The notes under the pieces were generated by a model, which was not told the DNA's origin, searched no databases, and worked only from the letters and a program-made list of their open reading frames with translations. Source: Octopus sinensis (lineage: Eukaryota). Taken from it: a DNA stretch of 64,000 bases. Positions 60,160 through 64,000 of the stretch are shown here, piece by piece. The position numbers and the translations under genes were made by a program. Position 1 is the first letter of the stretch, and each line of letters opens with the position of its first letter. Location: the NCBI RefSeq assembly GCF_006345805.1, contig NC_043003.1, forward strand, positions 106,082,001 through 106,146,000, written 5' to 3'.

Positions 60160-60252
60160 TATTTCTTCCTGAAGAGAAAGACACAATATGGTCTCATTAT
60201 TCATTCGGAATTTGGTAAATTGTGCCTTTCGAAACACGTGTAGAATGCAATA
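60160..60252 (+). ncRNA. Canonical type I hammerhead ribozyme
   Basis: UAUUUCUUC-CUGAAGA-GAAAG-ACACAAU...AUUGUGC-CUUUC-GAAAC-ACGU-GUA/GAAUGCAAUA; predicted cleavage after 60242; palindromic stem III ACACGUGU. Confidence 0.8.
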
Positions 60253-60310
60253 AAACGATTTCTGTTCAATCTTCGTTCAACTCCATTTCTTCAATTCACT
60301 ATATATATAT

Positions 60311-60619
60311 ATCACCGTGATCATCGTGACCGCCCTGGCTATCAGATGTTGCTACACGTCGCTGGTCACAATGCACTTCACATTGTTTTAGCCTTCAAAT
60401 GATGCCACCCCGCTGGCTAAGCGAGCAGGCCGACAGAAGAAAGAGTGAAAGTTGTGGCGAAAGAGTACAGCAGGGATCGCCACCACCCTCTGCCGGAGAC
60501 TCGTGGAGTTTTAGATGTTTTCGCTCAATAAACACTCACAACGCCCGTTCTGGGAATCGAACCCGCGTTCGAACGACCGCGAGTCCGCTGCCCTAACCAC
60601 TGGGCCATTGCGCCTCCAC
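60311..60619 (-). mobile_element. SINE family C with an alternative 3' tail
   Basis: Head and body match 15600-15783; the tail matches 40620-40720 instead. Confidence 0.8.
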
Positions 60620-60634
60620 ACACACACACACACA

Positions 60635-60672
<38 letters not shown>

Positions 60673-60929
60673 GCATACATACATACATGCATACATGCAT
60701 ACATGCATACATACATATATATATATATATACATACATACATGCATATGTATGTATACCTCTATGCAATACGTTTTCCTAGAATTTTTCGACTCAAGACG
60801 CCAGTTAAACTCTTTTGGTACCAAACCACCTGAAACCGCCTTCTTTGCGTATGTTAGAAATCTCGTATGCACGATGTGGAGAATATGCCACCAGCATTGC
60901 CCAAATGACCTGAACATTAACTTCAAAGT

Positions 60930-61290
60930 TCATCCAAGGCTGGGACCACGGGCTATACGTCCCCTGCCTAATCCGGGATCACAACATATAGGTACACTGT
61001 GACACAATTTCTTTTCCTCAACAGGCCCTACCCTGTTTAACATTGTTCCAAAACTGATCAAAGAGGAAGAGGATCCCATCATCTTTAAACGGAGTCTGGA
61101 CAAATTTCTTCAAGGAATACCAGATAAGACACCCATACCTGGATACAACTCACTCAACAAGTACTCATTACTTGAATGAACTATAATATCATAAAATTTG
61201 ACTTTAAAAGGATTTAGATAATCCTATCAGGTGGTGCTATTAATTTAGACATGGTCTGGACCAATATTTGGTCGAAACATATCTAAGTTT
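60930..61290 (+). mobile_element. CR1-type LINE, 3' fragment
   Basis: GPTLFNIVPKLIK...FKRSLDKFLQGIPD...NSL, followed by a 3' UTR hairpin. Confidence 0.75.
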
Positions 61291-62114
61291 TATGTTACAA
61301 ATTTCTTCTTCCAAAGTTAACTGAATCTTCCATGAAAATTTTACCGTAATTTATGTTCCAGATACCAGCTTAATAATGAAAATGTTATTTTATTAAATTC
61401 ATTATTTTCAAAATTTATTGAAACAGAACCAAATATTTCAACAAAAATATGGTAACAAAAGGGTTAACGCTCCATTTCTATAACCAAGTTGTGTTAAAAC
61501 CGTTTTGTCCAAGTAAGAACAGGCGAAATTATATCGGAAAAGTTTCACAATAGAATCAAATTTAAGAAATAACCAAAAATCGATGTTCTGAATGCATTTA
61601 ATACAGTTGTTTCTGGTAGATATGTAAGATGACCCTTACTATTATTACCCTTTTTAAGTCGAATATTTCAAAATATATTTTGTATTCAAAATATCAACAT
61701 CTTGTTTTGTCACTATTCTTTCTTACTCTCTCTCTCTCTCTCTCTCTCACCCAACCACGCGCGCGCACATGCACGCACACACACACTTACTTATACCACA
61801 CACACGCACTGTATAATCCTGTGAAAGACATTAAAGTGCATCCGGTCGTGGCACTCCAGCTCAGGAATTCAAGGTAATTGCAGAATATGGTGTTACCCCT
61901 TGGTCATCATTATTCTCAGGTGAGTACTAGCCTGAGGTGGTGTTACCTCTTAACAGTTCCAGTTAGGGGTGGGTCAAATAGATGATTCCGTACAGAACGA
62001 TCGTAAAGATATATCCTCGAAGAAGGACAGACCAGCCGATGTGTGAAAATGCTTTGATATGGCATGAGCCAAGTTACTTACAAAAATTCCCCTGCCTAAA
62101 TAGGTTCTGTGTCT

Positions 62115-62600
62115 ATTTTTTTTTTATTTCATCTAGTTTCAGCTCACGAGCTGTGGCCATGCTGGGGCACCGCCATTTGGTGTTGCAACATAATTTTACT
62201 TCACGAATGCTTTTTAGCAATTGACATTTCGTGCATGATAGAGTTTGATGCAGCTGCCCTCATCTGCACCTCCTGCCGCGAAGTTGGTTCATCTGGGACA
62301 CCTGACAGGAAGAGGGTCAGCTTTATTTTGAAGACATCTGCATCCACCTCATGCAGGTCTCTCGGGTTCTTCGGGAGGATATTGAAGAGCTGTGGACCTC
62401 TGAAGCCCAGGCTATCGCAGTATCTTGTCCTACATCTTGATGGCAAATTTGGAGTCCTTGGCACTACGCAGTGACGCCCAGTTCTAGTATTTGTGTTCTC
62501 GATGCCAAAGTTTGGGACAAGTCCTTCCAGGATCTTCCAGATGTATATTATGGCATATCTTTCTCGTCTATTTTACTCTTAGGCAGAAGATCTTTGGTGC
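62115..62600 (-). mobile_element. CR1-type LINE, 3' fragment with intact 3' end
   Basis: RRERYAIIYIWKILEG, RGPQLFNILP, VFKIKL-x-x-FL-x-x-VPDEP, AASNSI; 3' UTR GGCGGTGCCCCAGCATGGCC plus A-rich tail. Confidence 0.85.
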
Positions 62601-62959
62601 GACCTCGGCAGAGTAGAAGACTTGAAGAGTAAACTTTAATGAAACCAGCAGACGGTAATCTGAACCACTGCCGTATTTTTCCTGGGAAAAGTCACGTGTT
62701 TTAAAGCTTTATGTGAAATAATGATATAGAGGGCGAGACTCGTCCCATAGGAGAGCACGTGAGTCACAAATGACGTCTGACCATCATCAATAAAATATGA
62801 ATCTGGAAATTGAGGTAAAGCAGCATCATAATTAGCACCAAGAACTTGTGTACAACGTATCTGAAGGGAAAACCGGATACTTTCAAAACCGAGACCCTAC
62901 ATTTCGAAGCATTGTTTGCATGTATATGCACATTCAGATCTATTTCTGACTCAGGATCC

Positions 62960-63320
62960 AGATACAAAAGTATAAAAGCTCTCTTATATCAAATTGAGTG
63001 AACTCAGCAAAAGACATATTTCTAATATTACAAATCCACGATGTTCTTGAGGTTTTGCGTCTCCACTCTTGTAAATTTCTATTCCCCGAACAATAATTAT
63101 TAAAATCACAATGTATTTTTGTTACTGGTCAGCGCTAAATCATATCCAGACAAGTTTATTCAGATACAGTTTGCTCTGTCCATAAAGTTGGCTTTATACT
63201 TCTCCAGTGCTATGAATACTTCACGTTTAGCTAAGTACTTAATTCTCTTATCAATATTGATATCATTTCCGGTGGCCTTGGATTCTTCGTTTATAGGTTT
63301 ATGTCCTTTCAATACTTTTA
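62960..63320 (-). pseudogene. Highly degraded Penelope RT fragment
   Basis: IDKRIKYLAKREVFIALEKYKANF...IN and EFTQFDIRELLY parallel KEAFITIKDHKENF and RFTQFDIVDFY of the RT at 29.6 kb. Confidence 0.6.
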
Positions 63321-63427
63321 TGCTACTTTCTCTTTAGGCTATTGAGCTGCGTGGATTTATCATTATTTACTTCACACAAGTTGATAGTCTAATCAGAAAA
63401 TAAATAAGTTTTCAGAAAACTCGGATA

Positions 63428-63478
<51 letters not shown>

Positions 63479-63531
63479 ATACGCATGTACACACACACAC
63501 ATATATATAAACATATATGTATTTGTGAATT

Positions 63532-63569
<38 letters not shown>

Positions 63570-64000
63570 CATACACAATACCAAATATATACGTTTTATT
63601 TATTATTTTGCAATTTACTTAATCATCGGTATATTATTGTTATTTTAATTTTAATATTTCTATTATATGTAATTTTCTAGATGGTGTAATTTAATTGTTC
63701 ATTCTGAATTGATAAAAGTGTTTTTTTTTTTTCTAATTTATATATATATTTGAATGTGTATATGCAATTATATGTGTATATATCAACACATACGAGTTTA
63801 CATATGTGCATATATATGTGTGTGCGTTCGTGTGTATTGATGCTTCTTATGAGTGGCAAAAGTAGTATTAGTTCAAAATAGCAATCTGTGCATCATAATT
63901 ATAGCAAATGCAATGCTTAAAACCTGATAAATTGCTGTATTCGTCACAATATCGCATCTCTGATAGACATATAGAGTTTAAAAAAAACAAAGAGGAAGAA

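Larger units (their letters stand above)
58621..60300 (-). mobile_element. Penelope-like element: GIY-YIG ORF, long 3' region with hammerhead, inverted 212-bp pLTR copy at the 5' end; no RT visible
   Basis: 58627-58838 is the reverse complement of 60089-60300; EN motifs in ORF 59525..60184; A/T-rich flanks. Confidence 0.8.

Overview
AT-rich, intron/intergenic-type eukaryotic DNA packed with repeats. The tRNA-derived SINE families look like those I recall from octopod cephalopods (inference, not a database result). There are no prokaryotic operons, rRNA, intact tRNA genes or CRISPR arrays. Only one host coding exon is convincing: a minus-strand mucin-like exon (signal-like N-terminus plus ~57 Thr-rich 8-aa repeats, ending at a GT donor at 5804/5803). 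The rest is mobile DNA: Penelope-like elements (RT and GIY-YIG), Tx1/L1-clade, R4/Dong-like, CR1 and RTE fragments, a deleted mariner, a solo LTR, at least four foldback/MITE-like elements, several SINE families, a 4.2-kb 18-bp satellite and many microsatellites. Highlights not visible in the ORF track: (1) three unrelated families of hammerhead ribozyme folds, six clear copies, all beside Penelope-type sequence or Penelope-like inverted repeats, one family with a variant core; (2) a candidate RT-less Penelope element carrying only endonuclease plus ribozyme; (3) ORF1-only Tx1 units stacked head-to-tail, whose 3' tail is shared with a SINE that repeatedly sits at GGTATT; (4) an 18-bp array that is in frame at both ends and may be a mis-assembled giant (GKIEGL)n exon. 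All structures and alignments were done by eye; boundaries of degraded elements are approximate.
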